Source: an uncultured Clostridia bacterium (GTDB lineage: Bacteria > Bacillota > Clostridia > Oscillospirales > Ruminococcaceae). Taken from it: 64,000 nt of DNA. A program made the translations under genes and the position numbers. The stretch spans positions 1,876 through 65,875 of the forward strand of contig CANRKB010000010.1 of assembly GCA_947631115.1 (NCBI GenBank), given 5' to 3'. Below are positions 36,154 to 45,331 of the stretch, piece by piece (the first letter of the stretch is position 1; every line of letters starts with the position of its first letter). The notes beneath the pieces were generated by a model. That model saw only the letters and a program-made list of their open reading frames with translations. It was not told the origin of the DNA and made no database searches.

Positions 36154-39100
36154 TTATTCAACCGATTTAAGGGATTCAACCATGCCTATCTTTTTAAGCG
36201 TTCGCGTCATGATAAGATTTACCATAAGCGAAAAGCCTATAGTCACCAAAAATGCCCACAAGTATGAAAGCGGATGTATCACGCGCCCGAACATAACCTC
36301 GTCTATCTCCGCAGTCGTTATTACGAACATACAAAGCCAGTGTCCGAGGAGAAGTCCTACCGCGCCGCCCATAATTGACAGAACTATGTTTTCGCGGAAA
36401 ACATAGCTCGAAACCTCAACGTCATAAAAGCCTAAAACCTTTAGCGTCGCTATCTCGCGTATTCTCTCCGTAATATTGACGTTCGAGAGATTATAAAGCA
36501 CGACAAGCGCCAGCGCTCCCGCCGACACGATAAGCACTATCGTCACCAGGTCCATTATAGACAGCGTTTCCTTTATCGAAGAAAGCGACGTCGCATTCAT
36601 CATGACCGCGAGGATATTTTCATTTTTAAGCATTATCTCGCTGAACTTGTTTATTTCCTCGCTGTCCCCGCCCGTTATGCCGTTGTCAAAATAAACTATG
36701 TTGTATTTCGGCTTATCGCCGAAAATTTCTTCATACTGACTTCCGCTTATGTAAAGATAGTGGCTCGTATACTGCTCGGTTATCCCCGAAATTTTTACCT
36801 TTCGGGTTTTTCCGCCGCCTATGGAAAGCTCTATCTCGTCTCCGACCTTTGCTCCGAGGAGCTTTGCGGCCTTTTCGGTAATTACCGCGCCGCCGCTTAT
36901 GGACACTTTTTCACGCGATACGCGCTCGTGAATGTCCACAAAGCTTTCAAATATCTGCGTATCCTCGACCGCCGTTACATAACACTGGACCGTGTTATTT
37001 TCAAACTTCGTTTCATATTGCTTTATAAGCGCTCTTGTGTAAGTTGTGTCCGGATTATATCCCAGCATATCGTCATAGACGGTCTGAAGCTCGCTGTCGC
37101 CTGCGTCCTCGTCATAAGCCACATATCCGCTGTATTTGTATATGCTCTTATACTGCAGGTCTACAATGTCCGAAATGGAGTCTTTAAGTCCGAAGCCCGT
37201 CAGCGAAAGCGCCGTGCAGCCCGCAATTCCAACCACTGTCATAAACATTCTGCGTTTATATCTGAAAAGGTTTCGCCCGCTTATCTTCGCAAAGAAATTC
37301 ATTCTGTCCCAGATAAACGAAATTTTTTCGAGCAATATGCGCTTTCCCGCTTTCGGCGCTTTCGGGCGCATAAGAGAAGCGGGGGTTTCGCCGAGCGCTT
37401 TTCGGCAGCTGAAATATACCGTAATCGCAATCGCGGCAGTCATAGAGCCTACGGAGAAAATTATGTTGTCGGGCGCGAACAGGAAAACAAAGTCGGTTAT
37501 GTTATACATCATCGAATATGCATACATAATTACCCACGGAAACAGCACGCACCCGAAAAACGCGCCTCCTATCCCTCCGACAAGCGCGCCCAATACGGCG
37601 TATATCATATAGTGCCTTACAATAGCCCCGCTCGAATAGCCGAGGGCTTTCAATGTCCCTATCTGAGTCCGCTGTTCTTCTACCATTCTCGACATTGTCG
37701 TAAGACACACAAGTCCCGCCACAAGCAGGAAAAATATCGGGAAAATAGTGGAGATCTTGTTTATTCTCTCCGCGTTGGACTCATATTCGGCATAGCCTAC
37801 GTTGTCCTCTCGGTCGAATAAATACCATTCGGCGCTCCCTGCGTCGGCGAGCTTTTGTTTTGCGTCGGCTATTTCCTTTTCCGCGTCGTCTATCTTCTCG
37901 TTGTATTCCTTTACGCCGTCTTCGTACTCTTTAAGACCGTCGGCGTATTTTACTTTCGCGTCCTCTATTTCCTTTAAGCCGTCCTCGTATTCCTTGAGTC
38001 CGTCGTTGTATTTTTCCTTTGCGTCGGCTATTTCTTTCGCGCCGTCTTCGTATTTCTTTACGCCTTGTTCGTATTCGGCTTTTTTCGCGGAAAATTCGGC
38101 ATATCCCTCGTTATACTGCTTTTCGGCGTCGGAAAGTTTCTTTTCGTTTTCGTTGTATTCATTTAAGCCGCTTTCATAAAGCGCACGGTTTTCGTCTACC
38201 TGCTTCTGCCCGTCGGCAAGGGCTTTTTCGCCCTCAATAAGCATTTGCTCCTGCCCGTCCAGCTGAGCTTTTCCCGCGTCAAGCTGAGCCTTGTTTTCGG
38301 CGAGGAGCTGTTTTGCTGCTTCAAACTGCGCTCTATACTCCGCCGTGGCTTCTTTTCCGAACATCTGTTCCGCGGCTAAGAGCTGTTCTTCTTGTGATTT
38401 TAATTCCGCTTCTGCGCTTTCATACTGCGCGAGGTTTTCGTTAAACTCCGCTTTTGCCGCTTCAAGAGCAGCCCTGCCCTCTTCGAGCTGTATTTTGTTT
38501 TCATCGAGCTGCGCTTGCGCTTCATCGAGCTGCTTTTTTGAATCGTCAAGAACTTTCTTTCCGTCCTCTAATTCTTTCTTTCCGTCGTTAAGCTCTTTCA
38601 GCGCGTCGTCAAGCTGCTTTTGCGCGTCGTCGAGCTGAACTTTTCCGTCGTCAAGTTCTTTCTTCGCGTCGGCAAGTTCTTTTTCTCCGTCCTCAATTTC
38701 TTTCCTGCCGTCGTCTAGCTCTTTCTTCGCGTCAACAAGCTCCTTTTCTCCGTCCTCTATTTCCTTTTTGCCGTCGTCAAGTTCTTTCTTCGCGTCGGCA
38801 AGCTCTTTTTCTCCGTCGATTTTCGCCTGTTCAAGCTCCTCTTCTCCGTCAGCTATCTCCTGTCTTGCTTCTCCGAGGACTTCGTCCGTTCTTATCTCGC
38901 TTCGTTTTACGCCCAGTTCTTCGAGCTTATCCACCAGCTCGTCGCGCAGGCTCTTGTATTCGTCCGAATAGCTCTTTTCGCTTTTAAGTTTATCAGAAGT
39001 TGCGTATATCTCCGTATAAACGTCCTGCGTAAAATCCTTTTCGTCTACTATCATAAACGCGTCTATAGAGCCGTCGCCGATATTTGTGCTTCCTCTTTGC

Positions 39101-39642
39101 GTTATAGAAATAAACATCGGCGTATTATACAAGCCCACGACCGTATATTCTTTTTTGGAAAGCGGGAATTCGTCCGCTTCGGTAAGGTCCTCGAGGGTTA
39201 TCTTTTCTCCAACATTCGCAACTCCCGACTTCACGAAATTGCAGCTTATCAGACATTCTCCCTCGTTTTGGATATTCCTGCCCTCGACAATATCTATCTT
39301 ATTTATATCTTCATTCTGCGCCGAGTATACGCGCGTCAGATATTCATGTTCTTTATTATGTAGCGAGAGGTCGGTGTACTTAGATGTATAAACTCCGTCA
39401 ATGCCGTCTGTCTCCAAAAGCGCCTCTTTGTCGCCGTCAGTCAGCCCGAAAGACGACAGCACCCTTATATCAAACAGACAGTTTTCGTCATAAAAATTGT
39501 CCGCAGATGTTTTCATGTCGTCGCAGGTCGCCCTTACGCCGCTGAAAAAACCGACGCCTATTGCGCATATAAGCAAGATCGAAAAAAATCGGTTCTTTGT
39601 TTTTGAAATCTCGCGAAATGTATTCTTGTTAAATGCTTTCAA
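36154..39642 (-). CDS. ABC transporter permease with two FtsX-type modules and a large coiled-coil extracytoplasmic insert
   Basis: 1162 aa. N-terminal TM, then about 430 aa of ELADAKKELDDGKKEIEDGEK-type repeats, then FtsX-like TM bundles in the middle and at the C-terminus. Confidence 0.85.
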   Translation of the reverse strand: MKAFNKNTFREISKTKNRFFSILLICAIGVGFFSGVRATCDDMKTSADNFYDENCLFDIRVLSSFGLTDGDKEALLETDGIDGVYTSKYTDLSLHNKEHEYLTRVYSAQNEDINKIDIVEGRNIQNEGECLISCNFVKSGVANVGEKITLEDLTEADEFPLSKKEYTVVGLYNTPMFISITQRGSTNIGDGSIDAFMIVDEKDFTQDVYTEIYATSDKLKSEKSYSDEYKSLRDELVDKLEELGVKRSEIRTDEVLGEARQEIADGEEELEQAKIDGEKELADAKKELDDGKKEIEDGEKELVDAKKELDDGRKEIEDGEKELADAKKELDDGKVQLDDAQKQLDDALKELNDGKKELEDGKKVLDDSKKQLDEAQAQLDENKIQLEEGRAALEAAKAEFNENLAQYESAEAELKSQEEQLLAAEQMFGKEATAEYRAQFEAAKQLLAENKAQLDAGKAQLDGQEQMLIEGEKALADGQKQVDENRALYESGLNEYNENEKKLSDAEKQYNEGYAEFSAKKAEYEQGVKKYEDGAKEIADAKEKYNDGLKEYEDGLKEIEDAKVKYADGLKEYEDGVKEYNEKIDDAEKEIADAKQKLADAGSAEWYLFDREDNVGYAEYESNAERINKISTIFPIFFLLVAGLVCLTTMSRMVEEQRTQIGTLKALGYSSGAIVRHYMIYAVLGALVGGIGGAFFGCVLFPWVIMYAYSMMYNITDFVFLFAPDNIIFSVGSMTAAIAITVYFSCRKALGETPASLMRPKAPKAGKRILLEKISFIWDRMNFFAKISGRNLFRYKRRMFMTVVGIAGCTALSLTGFGLKDSISDIVDLQYKSIYKYSGYVAYDEDAGDSELQTVYDDMLGYNPDTTYTRALIKQYETKFENNTVQCYVTAVEDTQIFESFVDIHERVSREKVSISGGAVITEKAAKLLGAKVGDEIELSIGGGKTRKVKISGITEQYTSHYLYISGSQYEEIFGDKPKYNIVYFDNGITGGDSEEINKFSEIMLKNENILAVMMNATSLSSIKETLSIMDLVTIVLIVSAGALALVVLYNLSNVNITERIREIATLKVLGFYDVEVSSYVFRENIVLSIMGGAVGLLLGHWLCMFVITTAEIDEVMFGRVIHPLSYLWAFLVTIGFSLMVNLIMTRTLKKIGMVESLKSVE

Positions 39643-39672
39643 GCTACCACCTAATCTAATTCTACAGGATAA

Positions 39673-40377
39673 TTACCACTCTATTTCTTCTACCGGGGTC
39701 GGCTTTTCGTTTATGCGAATGCTGTTGACCTTGCTGTTTTTTATCTTTATCACTCTGTCAGCCATAGGGGTAATGGCGGTGTTGTGGGTTACGAGAATGA
39801 CCGTCATTCCGTCCTTTCGGCAGGTGTCCTGAAGCAGCTTTAATATTATCTTTCCCGTATTATAGTCCAGCGCGCCCGTCGGCTCGTCGCACAAAAGCAG
39901 CTTCGGCTTTTTCGCGAGCGCTCTCGCAATAGACACTCTCTGCTGTTCTCCTCCCGAAAGCTGGGCGGGAAAGTTGTTTATTCTTTCTCCAAGCCCCACT
40001 TTTTCGAGTATCTCGACCGCGGGTATGTAGTCCTTGTTTGTCTGCCCCGCTATTTCGACATTTTCCTTTGCCGTGAGATTTGGAAGTAAATTGTAAAACT
40101 GGAAGATAAATCCAACTTCATATCTTCTGTAGAGCGTCAGTTGCTTTCGGTTATAGCCGCTTATCCTCGCGCCGTCAACGGAAATAATCCCCTCGTCGCA
40201 GCTGTCCATGCCGCCGAGCATATTCAAAACCGTTGTCTTTCCCGAACCCGAAGGTCCGACAATAACGGCAAGCTCGCCTTTTTCTATATCAAAGGTCATA
40301 CCATCGGAAGCGTTTATCGTGACTTCTCCGACCTGATAACGCTTGTAGACGTCTTTAAGTGAAACAAATGATGCCAT
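39673..40377 (-). CDS. ABC transporter ATP-binding protein (MacB/LolD-like)
   Basis: 234 aa. [30 protein letters not shown]. Confidence 0.92.
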   Translation of the reverse strand: MASFVSLKDVYKRYQVGEVTINASDGMTFDIEKGELAVIVGPSGSGKTTVLNMLGGMDSCDEGIISVDGARISGYNRKQLTLYRRYEVGFIFQFYNLLPNLTAKENVEIAGQTNKDYIPAVEILEKVGLGERINNFPAQLSGGEQQRVSIARALAKKPKLLLCDEPTGALDYNTGKIILKLLQDTCRKDGMTVILVTHNTAITPMADRVIKIKNSKVNSIRINEKPTPVEEIEW

Positions 40378-40438
40378 AGATCCTCCAAGCTGCGGTTTAA
40401 ATTGCGGAGCTTCCGAAGAAGCTCCGAAACTTTAATAG

Positions 40439-41719
40439 TTAAACTTCAATCTTGCTTTTTCCGCCCATATAAGGTCTTAACACTTCGGGTATATTTACCG
40501 ACCCGTCCGCATTGAGGTTGTTCTCCAAAAACGCTATTAACATTCTGGGAGGCGCAACGCAGGTGTTGTTGAGGGTGTGCGCGAAATAATTTCCGTCCTT
40601 GCCCTTTATGCGGATTTTAAGTCTTCTTGCCTGAGCGTCACCGAGGTTAGAGCAGGAGCCTACCTCGAAATACTTCTTCTGTCTGGGCGACCATGCCTCG
40701 ACGTCATAGCTCTTGACTTTAAGATCAGCCAGATCTCCCGAGCAGCATTCGATCGTCCTTACGGGAATATCCATCGAGCGGAACAGATCGACCGTATTCT
40801 GCCAGAGCTTGTCAAACCACATGGGAGAATCCTCGGGCTTGCAGACAACTATCATTTCCTGCTTTTCAAACTGGTGGATACGGTAAACGCCGCGCTCCTC
40901 TATGCCGTGAGCGCCCTTTTCTTTTCTGAAGCAGGGAGAATAGCTCGTGAGGGTATACGGGAGCTTTTCTTCGTCAAGGATCGTATCAATAAACTTTCCT
41001 ATCATCGAATGTTCGCTCGTTCCGATAAGATATAGGTCTTCTCCCTCTATCTTGTACATCATGGCGTCCATTTCCGCAAAGCTCATAACTCCTGTGACAA
41101 CGTTGCTTCTTATCATATAAGGCGGTATGCAATAGGTAAACCCTCTGTTTATCATAAAGTCTCTCGCATATGAAAGCACCGCGGAATGAAGCCTTGCGAT
41201 GTCGCCCATCAGATAATAAAAGCCGTTTCCCGCAACTTTTCTCGCCGCGTCAAGGTCAATGCCATTTAGCTTTTCCATTATCTCGCTGTGATACGGTATC
41301 TCAAAATCGGGAACAACAGGCTCTCCGTATTTCGTGATTTCAACGTTCTCGCTGTCGTCTTTTCCTATGGGAACAGACGGGTCAATGATGTTCGGAATTG
41401 TCATCATTATCTTCGTTATTCTCTCGGAAAGCTCTGCCTGCTTTGCTTCAAGCTGTTTCTGCTCTTCGGTAAACTCCGCTATTTTCGCCTTTGCCTTTTC
41501 GGCTTCGTCCTTCATGCCCTTTGCCATAAAGCCGCCGATTTCCTTTGAAATGCGGTTTCTGTCGGCTCTGAGCTGTTCCATTTGCTGAATGGTCTTTCTG
41601 TTTTCAACGTCAAGTTCAATTACCTCGTCTACGAGCGGGAGCTTTGCGTCCTGAAATTTCTTTTTGATGTTTTCCTTTACAAGCTCGGGGTTTTCTCTAA
41701 TCAGTTTAATGTCTATCAT
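40439..41719 (-). CDS. serS: Seryl-tRNA synthetase
   Basis: 426 aa. N-terminal coiled-coil arm, then class II motifs. The ATG overlaps the spo0J stop (ATGA at 41719-41716). Confidence 0.95.
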   Translation of the reverse strand: MIDIKLIRENPELVKENIKKKFQDAKLPLVDEVIELDVENRKTIQQMEQLRADRNRISKEIGGFMAKGMKDEAEKAKAKIAEFTEEQKQLEAKQAELSERITKIMMTIPNIIDPSVPIGKDDSENVEITKYGEPVVPDFEIPYHSEIMEKLNGIDLDAARKVAGNGFYYLMGDIARLHSAVLSYARDFMINRGFTYCIPPYMIRSNVVTGVMSFAEMDAMMYKIEGEDLYLIGTSEHSMIGKFIDTILDEEKLPYTLTSYSPCFRKEKGAHGIEERGVYRIHQFEKQEMIVVCKPEDSPMWFDKLWQNTVDLFRSMDIPVRTIECCSGDLADLKVKSYDVEAWSPRQKKYFEVGSCSNLGDAQARRLKIRIKGKDGNYFAHTLNNTCVAPPRMLIAFLENNLNADGSVNIPEVLRPYMGGKSKIEV

Positions 41720-42585
41720 TTTTCATTGTCCTCCATAAAAAATCTTTCTATAATTTTGCTTAAAAATTCCTTATCGGAAAATTCGATCTGCAGCACGTTT
41801 ACTTTCTTGCCCTCGTTTATTCTTACCCTTGTTTCGAGAATATCCGAAAGGCTGGCTTCTACTTCCGTATAATAAGTCGGCTTTTGCTTTATCTGCTTTT
41901 TCTTTTTCTGCGCCGCCTGAAGATTTTCAAAATTCTTAACGTAGTTTTCAAGTTCTCTTACGGACATGTTGTCCTTTGCCGCAAGCTTTGCCGCTATGAC
42001 AATGTTGCTTTCGTCCTTTAAGCCTTTAAGCACCTTGCAGTGTCCAGTAGAAATTTTCCCGTCAGCAAGAAGCCTTTTAACTTCATCGGGAAGCGCCAAC
42101 AGCCCTACGCTGTTTGCAATCGATGAGCGCGCTTTTCCGAGCGCCTTTGCGAGCTGCTCCTGCGTCATTGAATATTCATCAAGCAGCGTCTTATATCCCA
42201 TAGCTTCTTCAACGGGATTTAAGTTTTCGCGCTGCAGGTTTTCAATAAGAGAGATCTGCGCCGCCTGTTCTTCGGAAAGGTCGTCGCGTATAAGCGCGGG
42301 AACTTCCGAAAGCCCCGCCATTTTCGCCGCGCGCCAGCGCCTTTCTCCCGCAATTATCTTATAGCTCCCGACAGATGTAGACCGCACAAGAATGGGCTGT
42401 AATATGCCGTGTTCTTTAATTGAGTCTGCTAACTGTTTCAGGTTCTCGCTGTCGAAAGACTTTCGCGGCTGGTTTTTGTTCGGCTCAATGTCGCTTATTC
42501 TGAGCGTAACAGCGCCGTCCTCGCCGTCTATGTCGTTGTCAAAAAGCAGATCGTCAAAGCTGCTCTCGGTCTTTCTTCCCATCAA
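41716..42585 (-). CDS. spo0J: ParB/Spo0J chromosome-partitioning protein
   Basis: 289 aa. ParB box GERRWRAAKMAG and HTH region. Confidence 0.9.
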   Translation of the reverse strand: MMGRKTESSFDDLLFDNDIDGEDGAVTLRISDIEPNKNQPRKSFDSENLKQLADSIKEHGILQPILVRSTSVGSYKIIAGERRWRAAKMAGLSEVPALIRDDLSEEQAAQISLIENLQRENLNPVEEAMGYKTLLDEYSMTQEQLAKALGKARSSIANSVGLLALPDEVKRLLADGKISTGHCKVLKGLKDESNIVIAAKLAAKDNMSVRELENYVKNFENLQAAQKKKKQIKQKPTYYTEVEASLSDILETRVRINEGKKVNVLQIEFSDKEFLSKIIERFFMEDNEK

Positions 42586-43370
42586 TTGCCCTCCTTTTCA
42601 CGCTGCCTGCATTTCATAAGTATTTCCTTTGACAGTCTTATATACGCGTCCGCGCCCTTTGAGGTCTTGTCGAAATAGATTATGGGTTCTCCGTGGCTCT
42701 GCGCCTCGGAAATGCGGACGTTGCGCGGAATCTCCGCTCTAAATATCATGTCCTTTTTAAAGCTCTTTCTGATTTCGTTCTTTATTTCAACGCTCGAAAC
42801 AAGCCTCTTGTCAAGCATTGTAAACACAATTCCCATTATGTTTATGTCGGGATTGAATTTCAGCCTTACTTTCTTTATCGTCACCATAAGCTGCGCCAAG
42901 CCCTCAAGCGAAAAATGTTCGCACGTCATCGGCACTATTATCGTGTCGCACGCCGCCAATACATTCACCGCAAGTATTCCGAGCGACGGCAGGCTGTCAA
43001 TAAGCACAATGTCGTATTTATCCTTTACCTGAAGCGCGATTTTTCTAAGCTGCAGGTTTTTCTGCTCCATTTGCGTAAGAAGCGGCTCGGCGTTGCAGAG
43101 CTTGCTTGTCGCCGGCAGGATCGAAACGTTTTTAAATTTCGTCTGAATTATGGCTTTTTCGGGTCTTATTTCTCCCGTTATCACATCGTAAACGGTATAT
43201 TGAAGCGACTTTTTTTCGACGCCGAAACCTGTTGTAGAATTTCCCTGCGGGTCGAAATCAATGAGCAAAACTTTTCTTCCTAGCGCTCCCAGCCCCGCGG
43301 CAATATTTACGGTCGTAGTCGTTTTTCCGACGCCGCCTTTCTGGTTTACGACTCCTATAACAATTCCCAA
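42582..43370 (-). CDS. soj: ParA/Soj chromosome-partitioning ATPase
   Basis: 262 aa. Deviant Walker A NQKGGVGKTT. Confidence 0.92.
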   Translation of the reverse strand: MGIVIGVVNQKGGVGKTTTTVNIAAGLGALGRKVLLIDFDPQGNSTTGFGVEKKSLQYTVYDVITGEIRPEKAIIQTKFKNVSILPATSKLCNAEPLLTQMEQKNLQLRKIALQVKDKYDIVLIDSLPSLGILAVNVLAACDTIIVPMTCEHFSLEGLAQLMVTIKKVRLKFNPDINIMGIVFTMLDKRLVSSVEIKNEIRKSFKKDMIFRAEIPRNVRISEAQSHGEPIIYFDKTSKGADAYIRLSKEILMKCRQREKEGN

Positions 43371-43531
43371 TCTGTTTCCCCTTTTCCTTGATTACTTTAA
43401 TGCAATACTATCACCTTTTCATTATATCACACTTCTTGTCAAAAATAAAGGGCTTTTTTCTATTTTCGTAAAATTTTATATATAAAGATGTTGCCATAGG
43501 GAATATTTGTTTATATTTTATTGTCGGCTAT

Positions 43532-43547
43532 TGTTCCACGTAGAACA
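43532..43547. promoter_or_regulatory. parS-like site 1
   Basis: TGTTCCACGTAGAACA. 15/16 match to the palindrome TGTTCCACGTGGAACA and 14/16 to the Bacillus consensus TGTTNCACGTGAAACA. Confidence 0.7.
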
Positions 43548-43581
43548 TTTCAATAGAGAAAAAGCAATTTTCATCGGACGA

Positions 43582-43597
43582 TGTTCCCCGTGGAACA
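43582..43597. promoter_or_regulatory. parS-like site 2
   Basis: TGTTCCCCGTGGAACA, exactly 50 bp after site 1. Confidence 0.7.
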
Positions 43598-43631
43598 TTT
43601 ATGTCGGGAATTTGAGTTCAATGTCGAAAAT

Positions 43632-43647
43632 TGTTCCATGTGGAACA
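43632..43647. promoter_or_regulatory. parS-like site 3
   Basis: TGTTCCATGTGGAACA, exactly 50 bp after site 2. Confidence 0.7.
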
Positions 43648-43703
43648 ATTATAAAACCAAGGCGCAAAAAGCGCCGTTCAATTATAGAACAGCGCCTTTT
43701 ATA

Positions 43704-44519
43704 TTAACAAATGTTTATTGGAAACTTTATCGTATATTCATAATACTTTTCGGACTTGCTCTCTGACATCTCACATGGAATTTTGTCGTCCTTTATGCGT
43801 TTCAACAGCGCGTTCAGCGAGTTTAAATACAACCTCGGCGGCGCGATGATTACGGGCTTTTTGCGCGGTTTGCGGCGCTTTTCGGAGCATCCCGAAATAA
43901 TTTCGTTTACGTATTCCTCTGTCTGCTGCAGGTCTAACTTTTTCGAGATAACCGTTTCAATTGCCTTTGCCCTTAATGTTTCATCATCTATCCGAACGAT
44001 TGCGCGCGCCTGCCTTTCCGACAACTCCCCCGACAAAAGCAAATTCTGTTCTTTCTCGCCGAACCTCAAAAGCCGCAGTTTATTCGCTATGGTAGACTGG
44101 GCTTTTCCGAGCTTTTCCGCCGCTTGCTCCTGCGTAAGCCCGTAAATGCTGACGAGCTTTTCAATCGCCTTAGCTTCTTCAAAATAGTTGAGGTCCTTTC
44201 GCTGAATATTTTCAATTAGCGCCAACACCGCCGACTTTTCCTCGTCTACTTCTTTTATTATACACGGAACTTCGTTCATTTCCGCAAGCTTCGCCGCGCG
44301 AAACCGCCTTTCTCCGCTAATTATCTCATACCCCGCGCCTATCTTTCGGACAATGATAGGCTGTAAAATTCCGTTTTCCTTTATGCTGTCGGAAAGGGAT
44401 CTTAATGCTTCTTCATTAAATTCCTTTCGCGGCTGGCTTCTGTTCGGAACAATAATTCCGATGTTTATCATCACTATATAGCCCGCGTTCTTTTCCTTTT
44501 GTTTAAACAGTCCGTTCAT
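43704..44519 (-). CDS. noc: ParB-paralogue, nucleoid-occlusion protein Noc-like
   Basis: 271 aa. ParB box GERRFRAAKLA. Position between rsmG and soj as in Bacillus. Short amphipathic-looking N-terminus MNGLFKQKEK. Confidence 0.75.
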   Translation of the reverse strand: MNGLFKQKEKNAGYIVMINIGIIVPNRSQPRKEFNEEALRSLSDSIKENGILQPIIVRKIGAGYEIISGERRFRAAKLAEMNEVPCIIKEVDEEKSAVLALIENIQRKDLNYFEEAKAIEKLVSIYGLTQEQAAEKLGKAQSTIANKLRLLRFGEKEQNLLLSGELSERQARAIVRIDDETLRAKAIETVISKKLDLQQTEEYVNEIISGCSEKRRKPRKKPVIIAPPRLYLNSLNALLKRIKDDKIPCEMSESKSEKYYEYTIKFPINIC

Positions 44520-44617
44520 AATACTTCCTCCTTTGCTAAAATTTTAGCATAACGGGGAAATAATTTCCAGAGGAAATTGTCGCGCAATATTGACATTTCC
44601 CGACAGCAAAAGCCGCA

Positions 44618-45331
44618 TTACAGAGGCTTTTTCTTTATATTAGCGGAATTTCGGGGATATTTTGTCGGCGTTTGCCGAACTTTTTTTATAATAACGAGCC
44701 GTCGTCCGTCGCCGTTTGGAAGGGTGTAATCCACCGTTTTTTCAATCTTCCCTCCGAGAATATCTATTGCCTTTTTCGCGGGCTTTATGTCCTCGTTTGT
44801 TGATTTAAGCGCAATGAAATAGCCCCCAACCTTTATAAAAGGTATACAATATTCCGCAAGGGTCGGGAGTGCGGCGACTGCCCTTGCACAAGCAAAATCG
44901 AATTCTTCACGGCGTGTTCTTCCAAGTTCTTCCCCTCTTGCGTGAATTATTTCGGCTTTTATTCCTACAAGCTCGCACGCCTTTTCCAGATACACGCAAC
45001 GCTTCTCTAAACTGTCTACAAGCACCGCTTTAAGGTCGTTTCTCAAAATAACCAGCGGCAGGGACGGAAACCCCGCACCCGTGCCAACGTCAATAATGCT
45101 CGAATTTTTCGGAATATCAAGCAATGTAAACGGCAGAACGCTGTCTATAAAATGCTTTGTTACAACTTCCGAAAACTCGGTTATTGCCGTGAGGTTTACG
45201 TTTTTGTTGTACTCAAGCATGTAGTCATTAAGCTTTAAAAGCTTCTCCGACTGCACGTCTGAAAGCGTTATCCCCGCTTTTAAAAATTCCTCGATAATAA
45301 ACTTTACTCTATCCATTGTTTTTCCCCGCAA
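44618..45331 (-). CDS. rsmG: 16S rRNA (guanine527-N7)-methyltransferase RsmG (GidB)
   Basis: 237 aa. SAM motif DVGTGAGFP. The true start may be MDRVKF (45316). Confidence 0.9.
   Translation of the reverse strand: MRGKTMDRVKFIIEEFLKAGITLSDVQSEKLLKLNDYMLEYNKNVNLTAITEFSEVVTKHFIDSVLPFTLLDIPKNSSIIDVGTGAGFPSLPLVILRNDLKAVLVDSLEKRCVYLEKACELVGIKAEIIHARGEELGRTRREEFDFACARAVAALPTLAEYCIPFIKVGGYFIALKSTNEDIKPAKKAIDILGGKIEKTVDYTLPNGDGRRLVIIKKVRQTPTKYPRNSANIKKKPL

Noticed and set aside
36760-37821. 353-aa plus-strand ORF, and similar long antisense ORFs (e.g. 51843-52739, 9887-10540, 14327-15037)
   Set aside because: They lie entirely within well-supported genes on the other strand. They have low-complexity Arg/Ser/Phe-rich composition and no SD.
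41720-41900. I looked for a T-box leader upstream of serS
   Set aside because: The sequence upstream of serS is the spo0J coding region, with an ATGA overlap. No specifier or T-box elements are possible there.
43507-43766. Small plus-strand ORFs (66 and 61 aa) across the noc-soj spacer
   Set aside because: They are driven by the repeated parS-containing 50-bp units. They have no SD and an implausible composition.
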